DNA of 64,000 nt. Origin: Macrostomum lignano. Its lineage: Eukaryota. Every line of letters starts with the position of its first letter. Within the stretch, counting starts at the first letter, position 1. This document shows, piece after piece, positions 47,022-60,300 of this stretch. The stretch is from the NCBI GenBank assembly GCA_002269645.1, contig NIVC01002493.1, forward strand, positions 104,702-168,701, read 5' to 3'. The translations under genes were made by a program, and so were the position numbers. Under the pieces are notes generated by a model. That model worked only from the letters and a program-made list of their open reading frames with translations, ran no database searches and was not told the DNA's origin.

Positions 47022-48083
47022 ATGCGAGCGCGGCAAGCACTCAAGGCTATACTTTTCTCAAATGTCAGAGTCAAATTCATAAGAACTGATACCTCTTACC
47101 TCTTCGGAGGTGACTGTAAAAAGCAGTTTAACCAGCTGAGTCCCGAGGCAGAGCGGAAGGCATTCGAGCTTGAGTCACTACTGATGAGGCTGCTCAAGGA
47201 AAACAAAGATGCTGCATCGCTTGAAAACGTGCGAAAATGCCTGCTAGCTGGAGCCCGAGCTGATGAGGCTACTGGAGCCCGAGCTGGTGAGGCTACTGGA
47301 GTCCGAGCTGGTGAGGCTACTGAAGTCCGAGCTGGTGAGGCTGCTGGAGTCCGAGCTGGTGAGGCTACTGGAGTCCGAGCTGGTGAGGCTGCTGGAGTCC
47401 GAGCTGGTGAGGCTGCTGGAGTCCGAGCTGATGAGGCTACTGGAGTCCGAGCTTGTGAGGCTACTGAAGTCCGAGCTGGTGAGGCTGCTGGAGTCCGAGC
47501 TGATGAGGCTAATGGAGTCCGAGCTGGTGAGGCTACTGAAGTCCGAGCTGGTGAGGCTGCTGGAGTCCGAGCTGGTGAGGCTACTGAAGTCCGAGCTGGT
47601 GAGGCTGCTGGAGTCCGAGCTGATGAGGCTAATGGAGTCCGAGCTGGTGAGGCTACTGAAGTCCGAGCTGGTGCGGCTGCTGGAGTCCGAGCTGGTGAGG
47701 CTACTGGAGTCCGAGCTGGTGAGGCTACTGGAGTCCGAGCTGGTGAGGCTACTGAAGTCCGAGCTGGTGAGGCTGCTGGAGTCCGAGCTGGTGAGGCTGC
47801 TGGAGTCCGAGCTGGTGAGGCTGCTGGAGTCCGAGCTGGTGAGGCTGCTGGAGTCCGAGCTGGTGAGGCTGCTGGAGTCCGAGCTGGTGAGGCTGCTGGA
47901 GTCCGAGCTGGTGAGGCTACTGGAGTCCGAGCTGGTGAGGCTGCTGAAGTCCGAGCTGGTGACGGTGAGGCTGCTGAAGTCCGAGCTGGTGAGGCTGCTG
48001 GAGTCCGAGCTGGTGAGGCTACTGGAGTCCGAGCTGGTGAGGCTGCTGAGCCCGAGCTGGCTCACGGGGAGGGGAATATCTGA
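47022..48083 (+). CDS. Putative ORF with 24-bp tandem repeat, copy 2
   Basis: An acceptor TTTTCTAAG lies 6 nt before the ATG. A unique about 75-aa N-terminus is followed by about 33 units of the same 24-bp repeat. Confidence 0.4.
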   Translation: MRARQALKAILFSNVRVKFIRTDTSYLFGGDCKKQFNQLSPEAERKAFELESLLMRLLKENKDAASLENVRKCLLAGARADEATGARAGEATGVRAGEATEVRAGEAAGVRAGEATGVRAGEAAGVRAGEAAGVRADEATGVRACEATEVRAGEAAGVRADEANGVRAGEATEVRAGEAAGVRAGEATEVRAGEAAGVRADEANGVRAGEATEVRAGAAAGVRAGEATGVRAGEATGVRAGEATEVRAGEAAGVRAGEAAGVRAGEAAGVRAGEAAGVRAGEAAGVRAGEAAGVRAGEATGVRAGEAAEVRAGDGEAAEVRAGEAAGVRAGEATGVRAGEAAEPELAHGEGNI

Positions 48084-48964
48084 GATTTAAAGTCTTACGG
48101 GGGATTGCTGAAATGTAATTAAAGGCTACATAAGTTCAGAAGCTACATGTAGTAAATTATACAAAAAAATCTGTATTCATTTTTTGTTGGCTCCCCAACG
48201 GAAGGAGCTGCATGATTGCTAGTATTAATACTGAATTATTTGTTTCTATAAGAGCAAACCATCGCTTATTAGATTTGTTGTCCACTATATAGCTCTCTTC
48301 CACTGCAAGACTATCAGTGACATTGCACTTTGCTTTTTTTCAAGCGTAACATTTGGATACAATTACCTGATTGAATTATGAGAAAGAAAAAATGTGCCTG
48401 CCTATTAAAAATGACAGCGAAGTTGTTCTTGCTTAACTTTGTTAACTTGTTCTGTCTCTGCATGATTTCTGCGCTCTGCGATTAAAAGTGTCAGAACTTC
48501 GCAGGCACATCAGATTTGATGATGTAGCTGTCGGCTTGTTAGTGCACGGGCACTGGACATGCGTCGCCGACTGGGAGGGTTGCTTGTTACCGCGTGCATG
48601 CTGGGGTGGATGCACCGTTCTAACCCAAATATTTCGGCGTGCGACAATTGAGGTGGGCTCACGCTTTTGTTTAGTAGAGAAACTCATTCTCAACCACGCG
48701 CTCTTATAATACAATACAAGTATGTACGCTGAGTACACAGTTAAACATAGCAGTCTGTGTAATGCTATGGTGTAATGTAGAGAGGTGGAATTACGAGTAC
48801 AAGCTAAAAATAGAATCTGAGACTGACACAAGTGAGTTTAATAAAAACAGCTAAAATGAAAAGAGAGTATAATTTTATCAAATCAGATGAAAACCTAAAC
48901 AAGCCTGTACTCACAGTCTAAGTTCATATTCTACGACGTAACATACCTGCCTAGAAATGGGCAA

Positions 48965-49899
48965 TTTTCCACGAGGGTAAGATGCTTCTCCAGGAAAGTC
49001 TGCACCTCGGTGAGAACACCTCAGTTTTCCAAGCTGAAATTTGCGCCATTGAGCAGTGTGCCCAGCAACTGTTTCAGGCGAACATTAATAATTTTGACAT
49101 TAATTTCTACACTGATAGCCAAGCTGCTATTAAGGCCTTAACCACTGAGAATATCTCCGCTGCTACAGTATCTCAATGCCACCGCAGTGTGCAATCTCTC
49201 TCAGTCCTTAACAGGATTAGAATTATCTGGACACCTGGTCACAGCAACATCCTGGGCAACGAGCTCGCGGACTCTCTCGCCAAGGAGGGCAGCAACCCAG
49301 ACGGCAACCACCGTCTGATGAGGCTACCCACCCCCAGGTCGCAAGTCACCCGCCATATCAACAGGTGGCTCCATCAGCAGCACCAGCTCCACTGGAACAG
49401 CTGCACCGAGTACAGGCAGAGCCGCTCTGCCATGCCTAACCTGAACAGGAAAGTCTCTGATTATCTGATTTCGCTTAACAGAACCGACCTCAGGGAGATG
49501 TGCATGGTCCTAACCGGCCACGGATTCTTCCAGAGACATATATCGTTGCAAACCGGTTGCCCTCCCACCTGTCCCTTCTGTGGCATAGGAGAGGAGACCG
49601 CGGAGCATCACGTCACCTTCTGCCCTTACTTCAACAAGGCGCGGCACAAATACCTCGGCCACCCCAGCGGATGGACGAGCTGACCACCGCGGACAATATC
49701 CGAGACCTCCGCGCCTTCGTCCGGGACTCCGGCCGGATGAGGGTCGCCGATGCCTCCACTGCGGACCTGCCGACTACTGGCGGGGACTGGGCGCACCCCA
49801 AGGCTAATCCTTGTGCTCTTTTACCTTGGGGTTGCGATAGGGGCCTCGCGGCCTATTCGCGGCGCCTGCGCCCCCCGTCAGTAGTAAGTAAGTAGTAAG
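48965..49899 (+). mobile_element. 5'-truncated RNase H-encoding non-LTR retrotransposon (R1/LOA-like)
   Basis: Motifs [28 protein letters not shown] and CPFC..ETAEHH..FC; (AGTA)n tail; 13-bp TSD TAGAAATGGGCAA (48952-64, 49900-12). Confidence 0.9.
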
Positions 49900-49904
49900 T
49901 AGAA

Positions 49905-51303
49905 ATGGGCAACCATGTCGCCATACCGGATCCTGCGTATGATACATGTACCCTTCCGGTAAGATCCTTGCTGATTAGTTGCTATGTTTTGAGTACGCTC
50001 GTAGAATTTCTTCTGTTAGGTTTCGTGTCAAAGAATACTTCAGAGTGATTTGTTCCTTCTGCTCTTTTCATTGTACAGATCGAGTGTATAAGAGCTACAT
50101 GCAATAGCGTGCGCAATTGAGACCTTACCAAGAGACAGTGGCACCCTCCAAGAGACAGTGGCACCCTCCAAGAGACAGTGGCACCCTCCAAGATACAGTG
50201 GCACCCTCCAAGAGACAGTGGCACCCTCCAAGAGACAGTGGCACCCTCCAAGAGACAGTGGCACCCTCCAAGAGACAGTGGCACCCTCCAAGATACAGTG
50301 GCACCCTCCAAGAGACAGTAGCACCCTCAAAGATACAGTGGCACCCTCCAAGATACAGTGGCACCCTCCAAGATACAGTGGCACCCTCCAAGAGACAGCG
50401 GCACCCTCCAAGATACAGTGGCACCCTCCAAGATACAGTGGCACCCTCCAAGATACAGTGGCACCCTCCAAGAGACAGCGGCACCCTCCAAGATACAGTG
50501 GTACCCTCCAAGAGACAGTGGCGGCCTGCAACAAAAGACAATTATCAGCTAAACTGACCCTAATCATGCAGGATGCGCCCGGTGTCTCTCGGACCTTTCT
50601 TCCAAACGATGACGAAGACATGACGAATGAGTACTCAACAGTGCTAAAGAAAGTGGGAAAGCCAATTCGAGATAAAATCCATTCGGTGGCGAGAATAGAC
50701 AATAATGAGCTGGACCGCAGGCTCGCAGCCTCTAAAAATCGAGAGATGCCTGAGACTGACAGCCGGTCAACGCTGCTGAGCTTCTACACAACAAAACAAA
50801 ACGCTGAAGCAATCATACAGAACGGCTTCACGGTCGATCAGTATAGCAAGGGCCCGTTCGGTCACGGGATCTACTTTGTATCCAATGACTACAAGATTAA
50901 CGAAATAAAGACTTGCAACAATGGACGCCGCTGCCAGCTGCTGTGTGAGGTGGCTCTGGGCAAGCCGAAGGTCTGCGACACCCCCAACCGGTCGCTTGAC
51001 TCTGCCAAGTTGAAAGCCATGGGCTGCGACTCTGTGTTGTCTGGACAAAATAAGAAAAAGCAAAGCGCCAACGCCATCGACAGAGACGATGAGTACACGT
51101 ACGTTGTGTACTGTGCTGAGCAGGTGTCGCCCAGTTATTTGGTGACGTTCAGGTCAAGTAGATCCACAGGCGTGATGCTCGACAAAGCAGTGCAGTGCGA
51201 AGGAGTAGCGACAAGTCTTCCAGGCCTGATTACATTGATTGTGGATCTGGTATTGGACATAATGAGGTCACTCCGTAAGCGTAAAAAGACTAAACGCAGT
51301 TGA
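49905..51303 (+). CDS. MG-start, divergent PARP (ARTD) catalytic-like protein lacking the HG motif (2 exons, 261 aa)
   Basis: join(49905..49958,50572..51303) is 786 nt, phase 0/0, with a CTAAT branch point before the acceptor. PARP-like motifs IIQNGF, GPFGHGIYF, LLCEVALGK and DEYTYVVY are present, but LSFYTT replaces LFHGT. The C-terminus is hydrophobic then basic. Confidence 0.7.
50130..50525. repeat. 20-bp intronic minisatellite
   Basis: AGTGGCACCCTCCAAGAKAC, about 19 copies. Confidence 0.95.
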
Positions 51304-51577
51304 TGATGATCGTCTCTACAAATTACTGGCGATACCAATTCTGACTAAGAAGGCAACTCTGTCACTAACAGATATTCGTATGTAGTTCCCATATCCCTCG
51401 TTATGACAGCCAACCTGTGCCGATCGAAATAAAAGGTATTTCGTTACTAATGTAGTAAACAAACGCCTTTTTTTACAAAAATCTATTAGGGCAGTTTTAA
51501 ACTCTATATAAACCCGTAAGTCATTTAGTTTTCTGTCGATATTTCTGCTTCGAACCATACAGATAACTAGAATAGCT

Positions 51578-51982
51578 AGATGGGCCACTCAGGCATATAT
51601 ACTTAGTAAAACAGCTTTCTACTTTCAGTTCAGTAGCAAAGAAGAATACATAAGCTATTTTATAAGAATAAAGGCAGCTGAAATGACTTTGATAAGTTTA
51701 GAAGCCCAAGCTCGCAGGCGTAAACAGCTTGCTAATTGGTTCAGCAATGTACATTGGCCAGTCCACTGAAATGTACATGGCAGCTTTAGGCTGGAATTCC
51801 GAGAAAGGCAAAAAAAATTGAAAGAGGGTAGTGTTGAAAAGCGCGCTTGAAGGGTTTAAGCTGAGAGGGGTAAGAGGCAATAAATGAGCCTTGGCTTTAA
51901 GAATACATTAAAATTCTTCTGTTTTTACTTTTACTACTGAGCTGAAAGTAGCTTGCACGCAAATGTGCTGAGTGGCCCATCT
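51578..51982. mobile_element. MITE
   Basis: TIR AGATGGGCCACTCAG plus inverted CTACTTTCAGYTCAGTAG. TSD unclear. Confidence 0.6.
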
Positions 51983-52676
51983 GTGGTTCGAACTGGGAAA
52001 TTTCCTTATGACCTACACTTGGTATATCAGTTTCATTTTCCTTAATTTACGAGCGTATTGCACTCTGTTTTATTTTCTATTATGCAGCAAATGAGTGTAA
52101 TTTCGATTCTTATATTTAGCGACATGCGACAAGAAACATATATTATTCTTGTTTACTGTAAATGAGCGGCTATCAAAATGAAGCTGAGTGTAGTGGTCAG
52201 CTTACATGTAAAGTGTAATAATAATTTTAAATATGTCTCCATTAAAATAGGCGTATGAAATACAATGCAATGGTAATATGAATCAATATTAAAATTAATT
52301 GAAATTAGCTATAATATATACGAGGTAATTATAATTATTACTTAGAAATTTTAGTCTTAACTCACAGGGATTCGTTCAAGTGATATTACCCAAGAGGGCC
52401 AACTCCTAAGGCCCTATAAGGCTGTACACTCTATGTATGAGTTATGTTGTGCCTGCGACAGTATTGGCCGCTTGAACATGTTACATGTATGTGCTTCAGG
52501 AGTAAGCTGTCCATATTTTCCTTGAGTTGTCTGAAAGAAAAATGAAGCCGAAGACTATGCGCGCAGTAGTTTCTTTGATACCATAAAGCGTCTTTTGAGT
52601 TTGAGCATTTTCACACCACTGTTAGTTACCAACTTTGGTGCAAACAAAATTTGAGCACCAGCCGGGTGAGATGACA

Positions 52677-54298
<1,622 letters not shown>

Positions 54299-54744
54299 AC
54301 TAGTTGTGACGCGTCTGTCCAATAGTCGCGTACGCGAACTTCATCAAATGTGAGATAGATCTTTCGTTAAATCCATATACATGTAGGCCAACGCCTGCAG
54401 TCAAAGTCTCAAATTTTAGCTAGGCTATCACGATCCACAATGAGTTTTAGCAGCGACATCATGTATAAAATAGGGACAATTAACTCTAGAATCGACGCTT
54501 GTAGAAAAATGATCTATAAAACTTTGACGGAAGTTTGACCTGAAAAATGGAATGCCGCAAAATTACCAAACTTAATTTTTTCTCCGAGAATCTTTTAAAG
54601 TCGACACTGCAAGGGTAGAAGAGTAGCTTCTCAATTCCCAATCGGACGCAAGCATTTCATTGGCTGCGGCTGCAGTCCATAAATGCATTACTGCATGGGT
54701 TCAGCTTTCAATTTTCTCTCTAGCTAATCCATTGACTAAGCTCT

Positions 54745-55455
54745 ATGTACGCGATTACGTTACCGAATCGGCTGTTTCAGTTGGCACTGGTGGCGGGACT
54801 GGCGGCCCTCGCCACTGGCGCCTGTGTCGCTCCGTTCATTGACAGGCTGGGCAGCTGCGTCTACCTTGGAAACAGCACCTCTAAGTGGTGCGACGCAGCC
54901 AGACTGTGCCTGGACATCGGCGGAGAGCTGCTGATGGACCTGACTGCCATCCGAGCTGTCAATCACTGGATTGATCACTACTATATCGGAGTGACGGATC
55001 TCCTGGTTGAGGCGGGCACGTCTCGCAGCAGCTGGAGATTCGCCAACGGCTCGCTGTTTCCGACTTTGAATGACAGCGACTGGAAAAGTGGGTTGCCGAA
55101 CAGTTACTCGGTAGACGATGATTTTTTAGCCATCAGCTTTGATGGCTTGCGAGACCAAGGCGCCTATCTGGAGAGACAGTTTGTCTGCCAGCCGATCGCG
55201 ACGCCGAACAGCAAGTACCTGGAGCGAGCGGAGTTCCTGAGGCTGGGCAACATCAGTCCTGTCTACTGCTACACTGACGCCTCGGTGAGCTCGGAGTTTC
55301 GCTGCCTGTGGCTCTGCGTGCAGCGCTGGGAGTGCCGGGCCGTCCTGTTCAACCGGGCCAGCGGCGCCTGCCGCATGCTGGACTTCGCTGACTCGAGCGT
55401 CGGCGACGCCATCGAGACCGACCCGAACTGGGCCAAGTTTGTCAAGGTGTACTGA
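54745..55455 (+). CDS. Secreted C-type lectin + PAN/apple domain protein (236 aa, single exon)
   Basis: Signal-like LFQLALVAGLAALATG; CTLD pattern (GSCVYL..WCDAARLC..GGEL..YIG..W..PN..FVCQ); C-terminal CLWLCV..ECRAVLFN..CRM. Confidence 0.8.
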   Translation: MYAITLPNRLFQLALVAGLAALATGACVAPFIDRLGSCVYLGNSTSKWCDAARLCLDIGGELLMDLTAIRAVNHWIDHYYIGVTDLLVEAGTSRSSWRFANGSLFPTLNDSDWKSGLPNSYSVDDDFLAISFDGLRDQGAYLERQFVCQPIATPNSKYLERAEFLRLGNISPVYCYTDASVSSEFRCLWLCVQRWECRAVLFNRASGACRMLDFADSSVGDAIETDPNWAKFVKVY

Positions 55456-56214
55456 TGGCGTAAATAGTGCAGAAAACGAGTCAGAAGACTGAAAATTTGC
55501 AGAGATAGCCATCGTTGTTGTAATCATACAGCAGAAGTTTAAAATTCCCAGAGATATTCTGTCGTGTCAGTCCATATGGCACCTGTAAGACTCTTTTCTG
55601 CTGAAAGATTCTGTACTTTTTTCATTACTCAGCCTTAGCCTTTCTTGTTTTCTTGAAGTTTTCGCGTCCCTAAAGCACCGGCGATGCGACGCTGAATTGT
55701 ACCACCTTTTGTTCAATGAATAATTAAAAACTATACTCAATTCTTCTCCTCGCAGCATCGCTCTGCATCGCTGCTTTGTTGCCTAGGAAAAATTGCACTG
55801 GCGGTTTGCTAATTGGATTGGCTATGGGAAAGCAGCAGGCAGGTGAAAACCTCTCCAACCATTGTGTTGGCAAAGCTTCCAAGTTTCCTCTCTTTCTAAT
55901 TAGAAGGCTTTGGAATGTTCCGCTACTCATGAAATCCATTGAAGGCGCCTAGAATTGCTAGATGAAGATTCAAAGTGGAAATACAGGGTGCTACAGAATG
56001 CTAGGTTCTATCCTAATCCTAACCACTGAGCCATGCAGGATCTTTCTTGGAACTTTGAGGAAGTGTTTCAATAGTTTCCTTAGTTTGAAATTTATTAAAC
56101 ATCCGGTGCATGCAGACGTATTCTTTGATTTGGCATAAATTTCACAAATCAATGCCTAACATTAAACCCCGAAGCATTTCCCCCAGAGCCCAACAAAGTG
56201 ACTGACGGGACAAT

Positions 56215-56215
<1 letters not shown>

Positions 56216-56251
<36 letters not shown>
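56216..56251. repeat. (CA)n microsatellite
   Basis: Read directly. Confidence 0.95.
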
Positions 56252-56253
<2 letters not shown>

Positions 56254-57324
56254 TCCAAGACCTGATTTCATTTACTGAAGATCACAGGAATTGGCAGGCT
56301 CGACCTCACAACCGCATGGAAAAATTATCATCTTCAGAGACTGAAACTCTACTCCAGATCATTGCTCAGACATTGCTCAGACTCGGGATGAGACTTAAGT
56401 AAGTGCTTAATGCATCCGATTCAGTTCAGTAAAATACCAGAGAAGAATAGAGACCAGATTAGAACCTGCTGATTTCAACGAATAGTCTATGGTTGACCGC
56501 TCCCTGACGCTTCGCTTTCTGGGAAGTGAGACTCAAGGTTCACTTCTTTAAAAGTTCATAGTTAAGGTTATGCAATCGTTTAAAGTGAAGTTTTTAGTGT
56601 CGCATCCTGGGTAGCAGAGCGACAATATAGATCGAGGCTCTCTTGTTCGGCTTGTGAAGTCGGCTTACTGACTGCTAAAGTTGTGACCAAATTCTTTACA
56701 CAAATGAGCAAAGTTTAGTTCAGAAGACACTGTAGCTAGCAAGCTATACTTTGCATGACCGATCTAGTATTTCTAGACAGTGCATGCATATATAATGGTT
56801 AAGCATCAAATCTTAAAAATTTAAATTGCCAACATGCTCTATGTTCTAACATAGTCTATCTCTGAACCTGTGGTATAACACTCCTCGGAGCCAATGGATC
56901 ATGAATGAGTAACTTAAAAATGGAAAATGGAACCTTGAATAAAACTTTTTTAAATTCATAAAGTTCAATTTTAGCATGAATAAATAAGTACTGTAGCAGG
57001 TTGTTTTTTCCGTTCAGCAATGGCAATAAAAGTGGAAGGGAGCCAAGTTAAATAAAAACAGATAAACACAAAATCATGGCTTGTAGAATTCGGTAAGTTC
57101 AGAACAAAATTGGAGCTGCGGAATACATAAAGTTTAGGAAATCGCACTAGGAAGAGTCAAAGTGCACCCAATTAAATAATAGATACATGTATCCAGCTCC
57201 TACAAAATTCTTAAAAAGGAAAGGAAACATATTTTTGATTGGTCCCTTCTTTGAGACGGCAAGGTAACTACTATATTTCATTCTTTTGAAGAATTAAAAA
57301 ATTGAAGCGTCCTAAAAAGAAAAA

Positions 57325-60300
57325 TCACAGAATCGAGCACTCTGACCCAAACTTGATTAGATATCTCGGGGTGGCTTGCTCCGCTCTGTACACGATGTAC
57401 TCGTCATTCAACACTCCTCCTTTTTTCTTCGAATTTCTTCTGGCAAACACGGAATCGTATCCAGCTGTTCTAACCTGCTCTAAGGTAAGACTGGTCTTTG
57501 GAGCATCGCACACCATTGTTTTACCCAGCAAGACATCGCAGAGCAGCAGCGATTTAATACCTGTTCCTTTGCAATACTGAGCGCTCTTGGTGCTATCGGT
57601 TGCGAAGTATATGCCAGCACCGAACATTCCGCTATTGCCAACCTTGAATCCATTCTGAATGATCATTTCAGCATTTTTTCTTGTAGTTCCGTGGAAAAGC
57701 AACTCCGGCACACAGTCCTTCTTGTGCATTTCGTTGTATACATTGAAAAGTTTCTTATCCAAGACTGGATTTTTGATTTTCTCAATGGAACGAATTTCCA
57801 ACTTAATATTGTGCTCCTTTAATGCGTATCGCAGAACTCGGTCGCTTATCTTATAGTACTCGACCGCAGTGTCTTCATTGTCAGCAGTGACTGGTGTACG
57901 TCTGATTCTGTCACCATCCTGACAAAGTTTGTTTGTCTGCACCTGGCTGGCCAGAGGCCAACAGCTGGAACAGAACTGGTCACTTATTCGACGTAAAGAT
58001 GATTCGCGGTCGAGCCGTTCAGTGTGCCCGCAGCGAAACGTTCTTAACTCGTCGTTCTAAAAATGAATTGTTGGCAACACTGCAAATCCTTTCATATTGA
58101 GCATGCGCTCGTATCTTTTATTAACAAATCCCTTTGGAAAATGTTTACAGATCACCTTACCCACAGGTGCACAGCCATGTCCTGAAGACTGTTAAACTCT
58201 TCAATCAAGATGCCTAACTGGTCCTTGACATCCGTGCGTAAAACTGAATTTCCTCGATTTTCCTCTATCAGTTTGTAACCCAGTGTGCGGACATTTTCCA
58301 CTGTCCACGATCTGCTATCGATCTCTTTGCGTAGCTTTTGAAGGATCCTTTGTCTACGAACCTCCTTATGCTCTGGTGAAGGCTGAGAATCGTCTATCTG
58401 ACAGTGTCTTGTCATGTTGTAATGAAGGGCAGATATCCAGCATCGACAGTCGCGAAATTTCTGCCAATACTGCTGCAGAAGTGATTGATCAGGGGTGCAT
58501 AGCTTTGCGGGACCAATTGACGCTGCTTCGGCCAATTGATTGTAACCAGCGCCCTGCAGACAGTTTCGTGAATGCTTGAATGCAAAAACTCTGTCCAGTT
58601 AAAATAATAGCAATAAAAATATATCAGCTGGTCAGCCCCATAAGAGAAGACAGCGAGAGACAAGCGGTCAGAATTCCAACGATAGAGATTAGATAATCCT
58701 GAGATTAAGCTAACCCGCCACCAACAACCCATGAGAACTAGCTAAACAAACCAGCTCTTTCGAAATCGGATTTCCGACTTGAAATGGCACTGGACTTACC
58801 AGCCAACAAGTGTTTTTGATATTCAATCTCGAATTCGTAGCCAATAAAAGGGACACTGCTGAGACTGGATCGCATTGACATGTGTGGAGTCTAGCTCCAA
58901 ATGAATAAGAATAAGATTGTGCACGAGCGTGTGTGTGAGCCTCGTAGGCCAGCTCGATCTTGGTTCGTAGCTTCTTACAGAGGCGCCAGGCCTCGGGCTT
59001 CTTTATTTATCTCTCTCTGCTTCCCAGCTTGGGGGAAGACAACCGGCAGGCCTATGCTTGTTGGGGGTGCGGGGTGCAGACAGACAGACTTGTGCATAGG
59101 ACTTGTGCGTGCATTGGCCGTACAGTGATGACTGTAACGGCTAGACAAAGACCGGTGCCTGGTGGGACTGAGGAGTGCGAGTACGAGCTAACCGATAGAC
59201 AGACACTACAACATGCAGGAAGCGAGAACTTTTGTAGGGGGGGGGGGTGCTTTTATGCTGAAAAGCCTCTATACACAGCTGAATGTACGTACTATTAAAT
59301 TCTATTGAATTCAAGGAAGTTCAGGAACTATTCGGAAACCCAGGTAGTCCAGAAGTGTTGAGAGGCCCCGGAAGACCTGGTATGATATTGCCTCTGCTTA
59401 GGTCTGCGGGCACCCTCCATACGAGGGCCCACCTTGCTTCCTAAGATCCCAGCTTTTGTCAGCAGACGTATTTTCGAAGCGTCCGAAAGTGTACCCAAAT
59501 CATGGGGCCACCCATCCTGCTCTTCAATAGAACTCACTTTCGCACTGGCAGAGGCTCCCTGCGGCCAAATTCTGGGGTTGAGAATACCAAACTAGAGACC
59601 TGTCTTCTAATACAGCTAGCATACAGCCTTTCCCGGTCCGCTGTTACCTATTCTCGTAGTGAGCTACCTCAAGACAAATGTTCCAGCGGTCAGAGACAGA
59701 CTTCGGAAAGTATGCAGACCGGATCACCATTGCGGGTAAGTGCTCAACCGTGATATTCGCTAGTAGGATATGAAGACAAACAAGTCATGGTAATGCATTT
59801 ATGCTATATTAACAAAATTAAAACTACTCACCATTTTTTGTTGAACAACCTCGTTCAAGTCGGACATTTTTTGGCCGATGTCACGAATTTGCTTTCTGAT
59901 TTCCGCGCACAAATCTTTGTTCCCGAAATTTTCTTCCGCGAGCTTACCTCCCATTGACTGAACTTTAATTACTAGACTTTGCCTTTTTTTAAGCTCGTGC
60001 ATAAGTTTCATTTGTTGCTCCTGCGTCTCCAGGGGAATCGACTGGTCCAAAACACCGGACAGGGTCCGCTCAATCCAGCATTGGCTATCATGTAGAAAGT
60101 CAAAAAACGAATGCTGGTCCGGTTCCGACTGAAGCTCTTCAACTAATTTGTCCAGCTTGAAAACTGATTCCAACATATTGTTCCTTCTCCGCCGTGGTTG
60201 GCTAGGTCCTTCGCTAAATCGTCTGCGACGCAACGATCCACCTCTGTCTCGTTGGAAGTTCGAATGCGGGCTGCTCAATTGCAGCCCTCTGGTGCTATGG

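Noticed and set aside
50079-50571. Extending the PARP-like ORF through the 20-bp repeat (ORF track 50158-51303)
   Set aside because: All three frames after the 50078 acceptor hit stops. A phase-0 acceptor with a branch point at 50571 fits exon 1, so the repeat is intronic.
59300-59760. Possible RTE C-terminal remnant (ILGSKVGPRMEGARRPK) in the PARP gene intron
   Set aside because: The similarity is short and the upstream frames are full of stops, so it cannot be supported by eye.
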